NCBI RefSeq assembly: GCF_001194135.2
Contig: NC_068985.1
Coordinates: 106,765,681-106,829,680, forward strand
Direction: 5' to 3'
Source: Octopus bimaculoides
Lineage: Eukaryota
Length of the DNA: 64,000 nucleotides
Part shown: piece by piece, positions 35,297-49,040 of the stretch
Layout: each line of letters begins with the position of its first letter
Numbering within the stretch: the first letter of the stretch is position 1
Program-made: the position numbers and the translations under genes
The notes under the pieces: model-generated
What the model was told of the DNA's origin: nothing
The model's database searches: none
The model's input: only the letters and a program-made list of their open reading frames with translations

Positions 35297-37746
35297 GATT
35301 GTATGTGTGTGCATTAAATGTGCACATGGATCATTTGTCTAAGATGATTGGTAGGTAGTTGAGCAGAAATCAGCTTTTGGAAGGATTCCATGGAGTGCAA
35401 TGCCATCTAGCTTTGTTGGTGAGATTCTAGTGAAAGTATAAGATACAGCAATGATTATGTGCAACGGTGGAAGGCTTACTTGATCTGTGCAAGCTACAGC
35501 TAGATTGCAGCAGCAATTAATTCTGTCGCAAGAATTTGACACCGTATTGATTACAGTGAGGTTGATGTCAGAACTCATTTTTTTCACCTGATAGCTGGAG
35601 AGAAGGAGCAGCATTGCCAGTAGTGGAGGCAGTGGTGGTGATGACGATCATATTGAGGATTAGGTGATGATTATGACAGTAGTGGTGGTGGTCATGGATG
35701 TGGGAAAGATACCAAAATTGTCTGGTTTTATCTCAAACTTTGGAAAATAGTCCAAGTGGAGGTTGAAAGGTGAGAAATGTTTCCTCTTGCTGATGTGAAC
35801 AATACCTTGGCAGGTTTCCATCAGTCAGACATGCCTATTGACAACAGCTTATGACGGCAATTAAGACAAATTCCCTTTCTTCTCAGCTTTTTCCAGTAGC
35901 AATATTTTCATGTTGTTGCTACTTTTAAAATTTCAGCCCAACGAGGCACACTTTCATCCCAACCTAAACATTTTTCTGATGCTATTCCTTTATTCTCCTA
36001 AATGCAAGTTTAAAAAATAATGTTGACAACAATTTTTGCTGTATGCAGCCAGTTGCTAATAGATCATTAATGTATACACAGAAGAATTGTCTTGGTGAGG
36101 CAACATTAATAACATTGCTTATGTATATGTATAGTATACATACATATATATACATACACACACAACATACACACATATATATATTGGATGTATGAATATA
36201 TTTTATATTAAATATTGGTTATTTTCATTTAGCACAAGCCATTTTTTTTTTTAAGAGAAGAGAACAACCCAGTATGCTGGATAAATCCGGTACACCATGT
36301 AATGTTAAAATGCATGAGAGGTGGAGTAGAAGTGGATAGTAGCTGAGCGTTAAAGGTATTGGCTGGTGTGTGTAGGATAGATAACAATGTTGAAGTATGG
36401 GCATATGATGTGAATGGACATTGGGTATTGGGAAAATTGTACAAAGTGATATTGATGGAAAAGATAAGAAGTTGAGATTAAGTTAGACCTCAAGACATTA
36501 GGTATTGAGGCAAGGAGACAAAGAAGACATAAGAAGTTGAGATTAATTTAGATCTCAAGATGTTAGGTTTCCCAGAAAAAACAATGAATGACTGAGATTA
36601 TTGTTGGTATGTTTTATAGCAGACTTCTTTGAAGTAGTATAGGGAAACAGACTCAAAAATGTTTCTGATAATGATGGCATGAAGATGAGAGAAGAAACAC
36701 AGTAGTGTCTTTCAAGAGTTGCACTGGATTGCAGTATGGTAAGCCATTCTACAGTGGTTTGGATGCTGATGATTTGGCATAGCTGACTGGACAGTCAACC
36801 TGTTTTGGCTGGAGGCAAACAAAAGTACACATGCATGCACATGCAAAGATATACACATACAGATAGAGAGAGAATATATGTGTTTGTGTGTGTGTGAGAG
36901 AGAGAGATTAACATTTTCCCTTTCCTCACACACATAAAAAGAAAGGAGAGAGAATGAGAAAAACATTAAAACACATAATACACAATATGTCAGCATCGAA
37001 TCAGTGATGCCAAATAGGCGGTGACAAAATGTCTCATACCCTCTCTGAAGCACTAACTTAACCTAAAAAAAAGATGGTTTTGGGGTCAATTGTAGAGACA
37101 TTGGCATAAGGAGGAAATCTATGTATACACAGACATATATATTGTGTTTGTTCGTTTTATGCTACAAACACCCAGAAGTGGTTGGGTATATGTTTGTCTT
37201 ATCTAAGACAAACAGGATTCCTTTTGAACCCAAAGTTTCATCCAGAAAACCAACTCAAGGAAACATTACATGATAGTGTTTACCTTAGATATATCGCTAT
37301 CACTCCCAATACACACATGCACATGATATGATGGATCCTATGCAAGTTTTGACAATGAATACTCCTGATGTTTGATTAAAAGAACTCCCAACTCATTCTA
37401 TAATGGTGTTAGTAGCTGAATATTCCATACATTTGTAACCCTTAGAATAATACTCAGACTCAGTATAACACTGAATGATAGGACTATCCCTTTAAATTAA
37501 AGTTACAAACCATCTGAAAAGATTCTACACAAATTCAATCAAAAGTATATGGTAGAAGGCACTTTCTCAAGGAGCCATGTAGTAGTATTGAACCTGGGGC
37601 CTTGCCCTGTGTATGCATGCACACACATGCTTAAATCAAATTAAGCATGTAGTGTAATACCTGATATTACGATATATGTAAACAAAGTTTGCTTTGTAGG
37701 AAGTGTGGAGATGTATTGAGATATACAGATATGGAGATAATTTATT

Positions 37747-38106
37747 CTCAAGCACAGAATAACGCATGAACAGCATGAATCGGATAATATCCTTATATTA
37801 CAGAAAAATTTGTCAGCGGGCAGCCATGAGACTCGAACTCACATCTGTGTGATTATTGATCATGTGCTTTACCTTTTAGCTAAACTGCCCAGTGACAAAT
37901 TTTTCTGCAATTTTTGAACTTATAAACTTATCCTTTTGATAGATGCTGTATGTGAAATTCAAATTATGATATGTGTAAAGTTTGCTTTGTTGGTCGGTAA
38001 TCACAGAGATGTGAGTTCGAGTCTTATGGCTGGCCGCTGACAAATTTTTCTGTAATATAAGAATATTATCCTATTCACGCTGTTCATGCATTATTCTGCA
38101 CTTGAG
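37747..38106. repeat. 109-bp inverted repeat (37747-37855 / 37998-38106, 100/109 identical) with a 142-nt spacer
   Basis: Manual reverse-complement alignment gives 9 mismatches and no gaps. Confidence 0.92.
37818..37889 (-). tRNA. tRNA-like pseudogene or SINE head, 72 nt, anticodon loop TC-AAT-AA (Ile-like); probably not a functional tRNA
   Basis: GGCAGTT TA GCTA AAAGGTA AAGC A CATGA TCAATAA TCACA CAGAT GTGAG TTCGAGT CTCAT GGCTGCC C. Acceptor and T arms pair, the D arm pairs 3/4, and the anticodon stem has 2 mismatches. Confidence 0.6.
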
Positions 38107-38384
38107 ATGTGCGCTTGAGATATACCTGATATGCTTACCTGACAAGCAATAATAGATAAGAGGCTCAATTCCAGATGGAAATAAATCATTGGTTATTATT
38201 TTTCAGTTGTATAGTTTTTATGTGTATAATTAATGTGTGAAGATATACGAGTTATGAATTCAAATCCTGTTGGAATTGATCAAATTAGTACTGATCAGTT
38301 ACACAAGTTACTCCAATAGATTCTAACTTTCTTTTTCAAATCTGTGACTTTATCTCAACATCGGAAATTAATTTCTCTCTTTCT

Positions 38385-38680
38385 CACACAGACAGTCACA
38401 CACGCACGCACACATGTACAGACAAACAGCCACATACACACACACACAGACACACACACAAACAATCACACACACACATACAGGCAAACAACCACATACA
38501 CACACACACACACACAAACAGCCACACATACATACAAGCAAACAACCACATACACACGTACACACATGCATACAGGTAAACAACCACATACACACATGCA
38601 CAGACGGGCACACATACACACAGAGCCACATACGCATGCAGACAGACAGACAGGCACACACACACACACACACACACACA
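38385..38680. repeat. Degenerate CA-rich micro/minisatellite with a recurrent acaaacaaccacatacacac motif
   Basis: Read directly; explains six overlapping spurious ORFs. Confidence 0.9.
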
Positions 38681-40440
38681 AAGATGACATTTAATTGAAA
38701 TTATAATGGTTTATGAGTATAAAAGTGCATACAAAATGTTAGCGCAACAGCTGTTGCTAGAAGATGAACTGAGAATCTAATCAGGTGAAACGGGAAGAAC
38801 AACATCTGTGCTTTAGTATCTTCTTGGGAGAATCAGGTGATTGAATAAAACTGGGATCCTCAATCAAGTAAAAGTTATTTAGTATGGATACATGATGATG
38901 TCATAACAATACCAATTTCTCGGAGAATATTTTAAATGTAAAATAAGTTGCTATTTAAGAATTCACTCTAAATAAGTTTTAACAATAGTAATTAATCTAT
39001 TGAGTACAAGAGTTAACATATGACAATGTACTTGTGTAACTTTAAAAAAGTCATGGCAGAACTAATTCAAATTTTATAGCAAAAATGATTTATCATACTC
39101 CAGTAGAGAATACAGGTGGCATATTTCAGGTACAAGCTAGTTTTGCCACTTTTTAGGGCATAGTTAAGATTTTTAACAGGATGTCCTAGCTTGTATAGTG
39201 CAGTAATGGTGGTATTGAAGCAAAGAAGAATGGGTGAATGACTAATGAAATATTTTCTAGATAGTAACTATATTTTGTGCCAGTTTCTTTGACTTTCTCC
39301 TCCAAGTACTTAAGATCTAGGTAAACAGCCATATTACACTAAGGCAATGTGGTTTTCATGAAAGAACCCAATTCATAAAACTTGAGAGAGAGAACAAACA
39401 ACTGGATTTGAATATGGCCAAAAGTTAGTAACAGAATTTTTAAAACAATAAAGAATGACAATAACGAAAGAGGTATAGTGGTGTATAACTAAATACATCT
39501 AATGAACTGGTTGTCTGACAATGAATAGTTTAAGGTTATGCTGAAACACTTTGCATAATTCTTTCTTCTCTCTGAACCTTTCTATTCCTTGTTAACATGT
39601 AACAAGTTGAACTGAATATTAATTGTCTTGTCTTAACACATTTATTGGTTGATTGTGACATTTAACCATAATGTTCCTTAGTGAGCCCTAACTACAATTA
39701 ACAGCATTAGCTGTGATTAAAACTTAGAAAATCTCAATCTCATTATTCTAGGAGTATCTGCACAAACTATGAACACTACCCCACTTTCATCCTCAGTAAC
39801 ATCTGCACAACCAGACAAGATAGGAAAGAGAAAATACAAAAGGTTTCTTCTTCCTTCAGCACAGAGCTGATTAGAAGCTCTGAGCAGCAGTTCCAGTTTC
39901 AGCTCATCATCATCTTATAGCAACAGGGAGGAGCTGGAGCTTAGAGAAAGATAAGAAACTTGAGGAGAGAAAGAAAAGAGTGAAAAAATAAAAAAAGGAA
40001 AAGAAAGAAAAAAAAAAATTAACCCAGACAGAAATCAAATAGGTTTGCTGGAAGCACATCATGAAAAAGGGTTCTTTTCCATTAAAAGAACTTGAAATTA
40101 AATTATCAAATTACTATCAAGAGGCTGACGGAACTGCTGAAGGACCTGACATGAAGGAAAAGAAGAACCATATTGTATTGACTGAGCTAAAGGAAAAAAA
40201 TAAATGCAAGACCATTTAATAAAACTATATTAATACTCTATGAACAGCTATAATTGGGCCAACAAAGGATGTGGGAGGTTCCAAGTCTTTGGCGAGGGCA
40301 ATTTCATATATACTTTTCAATTTTTTATGGGTGGGTGTTCATTTGTTTACTGTACAAAACCTGTTTTGATATAGTATGCCATGTTTTTACCCCACCTCTC
40401 ATTTATTACATGCATGTGTGTATAGTCATGTACAAGCATA

Positions 40441-40770
40441 ACTGTGTTGTTAAGAAGTTCGCTTGGCAACCACATCATTCAATATTTGATCCCATTGCAT
40501 AGCACTTTAGGTAGGTGTCTTCTACTATAGTCTTAAGTTGAACAATGCCTTGTGAATGCAATTTATGGCTGTATGACTGGGTATATGCAAATGCATGTTT
40601 GTGTATGTGTGTGTGTGTGCTTTATATTTACTGGTTTTATGTTTATGTAATACATAGCAGTCTTGTGATAAAAAAAAGTACCAGCCTGAAATAAATAGTG
40701 GGACTGAAATGATCAAATAAACCTTTGAAAGCAGTGTTCTAACATGGCCACAGACCAGTGAGTAGAATTT
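40441..40770 (+). mobile_element. Degraded SINE family B copy
   Basis: gcactttaggtaggtgtcttctactatagtc...gccttgtgaatg...(gt)n...gcagtgttctaacatggccacag. Confidence 0.75.
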
Positions 40771-41189
40771 TTAAAAAGTAAATTAATTGTATCTACTCTT
40801 AATGAGATAGAACAAAGCATGAAATTGTAGTTTCAAAATTCACATCAACCTAGCAATTACAGGGACATTTTACTTTTACTTTTTCATATCTCCCCCTCCC
40901 TTCAGGAGACACTGAATTTTCATCTTGAAATTCTCAAAAGTTTGATGGGAAGCACTGTCAAGAAATTAAATTATCATAATGCCAGCTGAACAGCCACACT
41001 GTTGATTAGCAGAAACCCACAAATAAGATGAGGAATGGATATAATCCATTAAACCAATTTTGGCATATGTAGAACATATTGTATATTCCTGAGGAAGAAA
41101 TAGAAACATCAACCACTGCAGATTTGCAGTTGAAACTAAACTCTTCTTATGTATTTGATCCAACACTGTAACAATCGTAACATTCCACC

Positions 41190-41410
41190 ATAAAAAATTG
41201 CTTCTATCAGAGGTGCAAGGCTTCAGATTTCAGAAGAGACAAATTAGTTAATTATATCAAGCTCAGCACTTGGCTGCCATTTACTTTAACTAGCTGTTGA
41301 GAGTTAAATGGCGAAGTTGATTTTGATGGGATTTGAATGAAAAAGAGCTGGAACAAATACCACAAGATATTTTTTATGATTTGCTAATCATTCTGTCATT
41401 CTACCACCCT
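41190..41410 (-). mobile_element. Degraded SINE family A copy
   Basis: gtgcaaggcttcagattt...ggcgaagttgattttgatgggatttgaa...gctaatcattctgtcattctaccacc. Confidence 0.65.
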
Positions 41411-44400
41411 ACATTCTATTATAATAATATTTCTAATATAGGCATAAGGTGATATATTTTGGAGAGTAATATAAAAAGAATCCAGTACAATATGTGGAGT
41501 GGTTGGTGTGAGGAAGGGCATCAAATTGTAGAAACAATGCCAGAACAGATAATGGAGTCGGGTACAGCCCCTGGCCTTACCAGCTCCAGATGTTAACCAA
41601 GAGTTCCTCTATGAGAAGTGTACAGCTTAATCTGGACTGCATGTGTTGCAGGAAGACTTTATTGTGATCCATTTAATTCAAAGTGACTGTTGTTCAGTAA
41701 ACATGGTTGTTGTTTCTTTATTTTGAAGAAGATTGAGTCTATTTAACTTTGGCTGCTACTCATATGGTTTTTTTATTGATTGTTTTCAACATTCACCCAC
41801 AATTTGTCATATTTTTTTATCCATATACTGCTCTGCATTTCACTCCATTTGTGGATGACCCATTATGCCCCACCGAATATTGAAATTTCAGATTTTTAAA
41901 ATAGTTCAAATATGATTAAGCATATATGAAACACGTATTCAAAAATTACCTCCCAATCCATCAGAAGTGCTTATCAGAATCATGATACATTTTTTGAGAT
42001 TGTAAATCTATATTAACTATTACATGTTGGTTTTCATTTTATATTTGCATTTGAAATTTTGGAAAAATTTATCCCTTATGCCCCACCTCACCCTTGATTT
42101 GTTCTTAAAACATAAAAAGGTTGAAAGTATTTTGACCAACATCACTAGTCTGCTATCCATTACACTCTACAATAATATTACAACAACAATTATTTTTTTG
42201 ACTTGAGACAGATTCAATATGTGTCTAGTGGTGTGGAAGGAGAATAAGTGGCTGAAATGGTAAAACAACTCACAAAATACTTTGAGATATTTCATTTCCT
42301 AATGACCTGTAGGAAAACTTTTCCTTATGCAACCATGATATACTACTAAGTATATTAAACATTTTTATAAGTCATTGCATCACTTGTTAAAATTATCTCT
42401 TCAGAAATTATAGCCAGTACTGATTTTGTTATGTTTTCTTATGATGCCCGATGTAACCTTAAGTTTGTTTCCTAAGTTCACATTTTGGGTTTAAATCTGG
42501 TCAAGCTTGACTTTACCTGTCACCTTTTCTGAGATTGATAAAATAACAAAAGAAAATTGTGATATGGTTTGAATATTTACAGTTTGAATTTGAACCCATG
42601 CTTAAACTATATATAAATACTAAAATGCTTTGGACCAGTTCTGTGTCTACAGTTTTATCCAATAATTTAGCAACTTAATCTATACACAAAAAATATTTTC
42701 TTAATTTTTTTTTTTTTTTTCAATTATAATTGATATAATAATAATGTCATCAAAGAAAAAGTCAGCATAACTTATCTGATTGGCAAAGGCAAATATAAAA
42801 GAAGCATCAATCTAAGTTTAAAGATGAAAACATGAACAAAGACATAAGGCAACTGTCATAAACGAGGGCTGGAGAACATATGTTATGGATTTTGAGCAAA
42901 AATGGTGTCTGAAATGAGCATAAAATGCAACAATCTAAACTGTTAACAGTTTCATTTACTTATAAAGACATATTTGTCTTATGATCATTACATGTTTGCT
43001 ATATTGCAAGTCTCTGCCTCAATTTGAACCTGGATTAGCTGCTTTTTTTTACCAATTGGCAAAATTTTGTCAAACTAAAACTGATCCTAAATTGATAAAA
43101 AATCTGGTCAATAAAATTATATATAAACATCTCCTAGATTTTCAAATGATAATGTGACCACAGATCTTTCTCACCAGATTTGTGCAGGAATATACATAGA
43201 GAAACCAAACCTGAATAGAAAAGACAGAGCTTGATAGACAGGTGTCTAACTATCAGGAACTTAGAAATGTGAGCAGTGAAGCATATTAACCAGCAAATTC
43301 TTGCATTTGGCAAAGTCTTCACATTTATGAAAAAAATTATATGCACCAGAACTTTCACCATTTTCCAATGCATATTCTCTATTCTCTCTTAACACACATT
43401 CTATTACTATTATTACTATGAATAGAACCTTCTGACATTACTTTGTCTTCTATCTTTGGAAATGTCCTGTTCCATACAAGCTTTTAACAATAAAACAGAT
43501 GATGTATTGAAAATGAATGACTACTCTTCTCATTCATCCAACATTTTATCCATCTTATTGTTGAAAATATATATGCTGAAGACATGGTTAATAGTTCAGA
43601 AAATGAAATCCTATTAACATCAGCTGTATTTCATTGCCAATTTTTCCAAAGTTTTTAACTCGTTTTGACTTTTCTATTATAAATACCTATGAATCACCAA
43701 CAGCTGGATCTTTGGATTTATTTATGATAACAACACCACCCACTTCATCTTTTCTGAGCCATGCTGATCATAGGTGAAGCATGAGGGTAAAATCAAAGTC
43801 ATCTTTCTGAGATGATGTGAAAAAGATATTGCAAGTGAGGGCTATCTACCATCTTAACCAATCTAATTTAATTAGATATAATGATAAATCACTTAGAAGA
43901 AAATGATTTATTTTTATATTTCTGAAGTCTCATAGCAGAAAAGAAATTTTGACATGTAGTTTTTTAAAAGGTGAACTCTTTGAAAAAAGTATATATATTT
44001 ATGGAAACATTAAAGATATCTGCATTACTGACTCTAACTATATGTTGCGCATCAAATTTCCACAGATCTACGATAAAGCAAGCTCCCTTTTCCCCTTTAT
44101 ATACAACCTATGTTTTAAAATGGGAACCACATGAGTCAACAAACTCACAAGTATATCTTATTTAAGGGCACTCAGAGCTTGGAGCTAAATGTCAACCCAT
44201 TCCTTTTGAACTATTAGCAACAAAATTAAAAAATGTGATGCAAAACAATACAACTCTGAGGCATCAAATGATAGTGATGATGATCTACCCTTCAGTCTAG
44301 AACATTTTAATCTCTTAGATGAAAGAACAAGAAATAAAAATTTCTATATTTTCTCAGACTTAGCTACCTTACTAACAAGGTATATGTGATATACTGGCTC

Positions 44401-44458
44401 AGATTATCAATACATACGAAATGAAAGAAATATAACAAAAGACTAAAAATAAACTTAC

Positions 44459-44513
44459 AAATCAAAGACCAGGTAATGAAATCCTTCATCTTGTATACTG
44501 TCATGCAAGCGCA
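44459..44513 (-). CDS. CaMKII: CaMKII coding exon (exon 4 by homology), 55 nt, phase 1-2; absent from the ORF track
   Basis: gtttctttttacag|TG CGC TTG CAT GAC AGT ATA CAA GAT GAA GGA TTT CAT TAC CTG GTC TTT GAT TT|gtaagttt = (V)RLHDSIQDEGFHYLVFD(L). Joins both neighbouring exons in frame. Confidence 0.97.
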
Positions 44514-44975
44514 CTGTAAAAAGAAACAAAGAGAAAAATAATATAAGCTTCGAGTTATGTACAAGACTTGTCCAAAAGAAATGAGATTTTTAAAATAGAA
44601 TGCCAACCAGCCAACACAGCATGCTTGAAAATGCAGTGCTGTTTATAGGTGATCATCTGACCTATATCTATCTATCTATATATTATACATCTTGGTCAGA
44701 ATTCGTAAACATATGTTTTTACAGTTGTTTGATCAACTGAAACACCCTTATGTACTAGCAAGTAAGTGGCTGAGAAATGTATATACACATGTACTTTTAA
44801 TGTAATTCTTTGTGGAATCAGCGTGAAAGAATGTGGCAATAATGGACCTTTGAATTACAGGTGCAATTCATTCAACAGACCTCTACACAGTTTTCATCTT
44901 CCTGATTTCACTGACAATGTATGGATACACTTGAAAATGATATTTGCCCAAGATACAACAATGATCAAACCTGGG

Positions 44976-45007
<32 letters not shown>

Positions 45008-47049
45008 ATATGCATAAGTACTATTCTTGGACTCATAGGACTGATTACCCAGTTTCTATGATATTACAATATTCACCCTGAACAGGATGCCAATCCATCA
45101 GAGGATTACTCATTTACAATGGAGTGAACTGGAGTAATGTGAAATGTAATGTTTTGCTCAAGAATACAATGCACTGCTCAGTCCAGGAATTGAAACTACA
45201 ATCTTATGATTGAGAATGCAACACCCTAACTACTAGGTCATTCACCTTTACACACATATAGACATACACACACATATAAGCACTATATATTCATATGTAG
45301 ATAGGTAATACAGTGATCATATGTGTATATGTGCATGCATACACACACACATCTATACATACATATATATATGGTATATATATATGTATGCATATGTGGT
45401 ATGTATATGTGTACATGTGTATACATCAAAAGATAAAACCTTTATTCCGAAATAAACAGAGAAAGAAAGATGAAGAGACAGACAAGCAGACTACAGACAG
45501 ACAGGCAGACCAATAGTTATATTGATCAATGTATTTTCACTCATTCCATTCTAAAAATAAATTGTTTGTTTGGTCTTCCACTGAAATTGAGTTTCATGTC
45601 TTTGATCTGTTTCTATAATAAGACAATTTGATTTAGTTTTCTCTGGCTATTTTCAAAGCCCTTTCAACATGCATTGACAGGAAGAATCCTTCTTTCATAT
45701 TCACTGCTACTCCAGTGCTGGCAGAAAGAACCACCAGATAAATGCGAAGCAACTGAAAGTGAACATCATCTTCAATCATTATTTTACTGATTATAGCTTT
45801 ACCATCACCCTTCCATACCTGCAATGATCTTGAAAATGGCTTCTCTCTCACTTTCTCTCTCTCTTCCTTTTTTTTTAACACTTTTATCTCTGGAAGGCAG
45901 ACTGGAAATGATTTAAAGGTTTAACACTACTAATCACATAGCTATAAGTTTAAACCTTACTGTACTAATATTTTGCTCAAAGGTAAAAGATGTACACTTT
46001 CTTGATTCAGCTTATTGGTTAGTAGCGGCTTCCATTATTTGCTGGTTGAGTGATTACAATAGTTGCAAAAAATGAAAACTAACTAACAATATAGAAATAC
46101 AAAAATTTGCAAGAAAAAATATATAAACATTCCTAATATGCTAACACAAAACAAAAAAAAAAGATTTATAAAACAGTAAAAATAGAAGACATTCCTCCAG
46201 GAAAACTCTGAAAGATTCAGTTTAACCATTCCACTTCATCTCTACCTGAGTTTCAGTGAAAACAACAAATTATAGTCTATGTTGGTGTGACAATAGTAGA
46301 AGAAATGGATAATCGTTTTATGTTTATTTTATTTAATTGAAAAGAGACAGAAAATGTAATAAAAAATAAAAAATATTCTTTTAACAGGTCATAAAGATTA
46401 AAAAAGCGAAATATGAATGAACAAGAGAGAAAATGGGAAAATAAAGGGTAAGGTAGAATTAAAAATATACCTGGGGAGGAGAGAGGGAGTAAAAATACAA
46501 AAATAAAGTAAAACTCTGGAGAGGAGGTGTATGTTTGCAGGGAAGGCTAAGTTTTAAGTCAGGAGAAAAAAAGGAAGGGATCCATGACTTTCCCAACTAC
46601 TTTACCCACTATCTTGCTATAGATGCAAGTTGGCATCTATGGCAAAAAAGAGGATGGAAGAGGGGTTCTAGAGGATTTATCACCTGGTAAGGTAGGATTG
46701 TGGAAAGTAGTTAGTATGCAATTTTGTGATGGTGGAAACATAATGTAAGTAGTGAGAGGAGAGGTGTGCATGTCAGATGGTGTGCATGTCACACACGTTT
46801 CCAAAATCTTCACTCTTTCTGCTATTGAGTATATCATCTTGCAGAAAAGGCTAGAAATGTTCACTCAATGCATTCTTACAAACAACTAATGTGCTGATGA
46901 TGCAATGAGGATACAGTCAACTAGTGTGTCATCTTTGTTCAGCAGGTAACAAGCAGTTGAAATAACACAATGACACTTGCAGTTGAAAGGCTGGGTGCTT
47001 TTTCATATGCGTAAATTTATTTTTGTATTTACACTATGCTACAGAACCC

Positions 47050-47290
47050 AGCCTACTTTTTAGTGTACTACCCTGTAGTAACAGTAGTAAAAGAAAAAAC
47101 CAGCAAGACAACACATATGAAGGCTAGAGGTTATAAGTGGATCCTTGTTAATCAGCTGGGTGGATTTTTATGAATGCAGTCTAAGGAAATTTTATGAGTA
47201 GCAGCGACACAGTCCAAGATGTGGATACAATATTCAACTTTAGGTCTCACTTAGCTTTTGTAGAAACTCAGTAGTTGATCAAGGATGAAA
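47050..47290 (-). mobile_element. CR1/L2-group LINE RT C-terminal relic (probably spans ~46640-47650)
   Basis: DQLLSFYKS*VRPKVEYCIHILDCVAATHKISLDCIH (cf. QLL.LYKAQVRP.MEYCSHIW......H..LLD.IQ), then an FFFYYCYY-like segment. Confidence 0.65.
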
Positions 47291-48395
47291 TGAAAGTCTT
47301 GATGGAAAGGAAGCAGATACAAGTTATGTTATGAATAAGAGCTTATCATGTGAGATCAGTGATTGAGACACCTAGCATTTGTAGTGACTTTGAAAAATGT
47401 AATTACATGTTAGCCAAGAGTGGACAGGGTAAAGTAGAAAACCATATCGCTGATATATTAAGTAACTGTTTCTATGTGATATTGAAAGAGGCAAGATTGC
47501 CATATCTCCATTGAAGAATATTTCCAATGTCTCTGTACATGGAGAGAGGGCAGTTTGATGTAGGATGTCTAGGTTAGACAATATATGTACATGGCAAGTT
47601 AAATAGGAATGAAGAGTATCAGTTTCAGCATAAGAATGAACATAGAAGATTTGTCCTAACATCAACTTTCAAGCAAAACCATGCCATTTAGTGCCATCAC
47701 ACATCAGCAGAATGAAAAATATAATAATTATCATATAAACATATACATAGAGAGTTACTAACATCTAAATCCTGCTCTAACAACATGAAAGCACAGATAG
47801 TACATTCCTAAAGTGAGGGAGAAGTTAATAACAACAATAATCAGTTAATTTCTCAACTAATTATAGCTTTATTGCTGAAATGTAGGTGGCCATAATGAAA
47901 TCCAATTTAATCAGCTTTAAACATGATATAATTGCTTTGTATGTAATATTCATGATGAACACCACATCTAATTTAGCTATCTCCTTTACTGGTAAAATTC
48001 CATACAGTGCCTTGTCATAACATGATTCACAGAACTCATTAAGTCTTTGATTACAATGTGGACTTCTTGCAATGAGAAGGGAGAGTAGTTCAACTACGTG
48101 TTGTGCACTATCACTTGTCCTAATTTATCATCTAAACTAGTGAAACTAAGAGGTGTGCCTACTCTAGATGTAGTTTCATTGGATGTTTGGCTAAAAATGA
48201 TACTGTTCCTTATGTTTTTAAAGTAGTATTAGTATATCTCAAAGCAGAATAGCATCCTATTAATTTGGTAGAGCTAATGAAAAGCAGTATGAAGAAATGT
48301 GCATGTATGTATATCTATGTAGGTATCTATAAGCAAGTACATACACATTTATATATGTATTGACATTATCATATTAATATCTACTTTTTCATGTT

Positions 48396-48830
48396 ATCAT
48401 CATCATCATTATTTAACATCTGTTGTCCATGTTGGCATGGGTTGGATGGTTTGACAAGAGCTAGTAAGCTGAGGGGCTGCACTAGTCTCCAGTCTGATTT
48501 GGCATGGTTTCTACAGCTGGATGCCCTTCCTAACATCAAACATTCTGAGAGTGTAATGGGTGTTTTTACGTGCCACCAGCATGGGTGCCAGTTGTGTGAC
48601 ATCAGTATCTGCCATGACTATGATTTCACTTGGATTGAAGGGTCTTCTACTCAAGCATGGCATATTGCCAAAGGTCTCAATCATTTGTCCTTGCCTCCGT
48701 GAGGCCCCATGCTCGAAAGGTGTTTTTATGTGCCACCAGCACAGGTGCTAGTTATGCAACACTGGCATTGGCCACATTGTCTCTATGAGGCCCAACACTC
48801 GAAAGATGCTTTTTACATGCCACCAGCATG
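48396..48830 (-). mobile_element. Repeat family C copy
   Basis: (cat)n tatttaacatctgttgtccatgttggcatgggttggatgg...gtttctacagctggatgcccttcctaac, with an internal repeated ggtgtttttacgtgccaccagca. Confidence 0.85.
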
Positions 48831-48909
48831 TGTGTGTGTGTGTGTGTGTGTGTGTGAGAGTGTGCACGCATGCGTGTGTGAGAGTGTGCACGCATGCGTG
48901 TGTGTGCAC

Positions 48910-49040
48910 ACAACAGGCTTGTTTCAGTTTGTCTACAAATCTAATTACACAGCTTTGGTTGGCCCATGGTGCCATGCAATGGGACTGAGCCCAATACCAG
49001 GTGGTTGGGAAGTGAGCTACTTAACCACACAGCTATTCTT
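48910..49040 (-). mobile_element. SINE family B head fragment with an internal deletion
   Basis: ggcttgtttcagtttgtctacaaatc...ggtgccatgcaatgggactgagccc...ctacttaaccacacagc. Confidence 0.8.

Larger units (their letters stand above)
19543..44458 (-). other. CaMKII: CaMKII intron (24916 nt), GT-AG
   Basis: Lies between the 55-nt and 66-nt exons. The protein is continuous across it, so no constitutive coding exon is missing. Confidence 0.92.

Noticed and set aside
36466-36570. Two-copy ~65-bp direct repeat (a similar ~47-bp pair lies at ~53460-53550)
   Set aside because: Ordinary local slippage duplications with no further structure.
38344-38698. Six overlapping ORFs rich in HT/CV
   Set aside because: Translations of a CA-rich microsatellite.
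45633-45881. 82-aa minus-strand ORF between CaMKII exons
   Set aside because: No kinase similarity and no convincing donor; the true exon is at 44459-44513.
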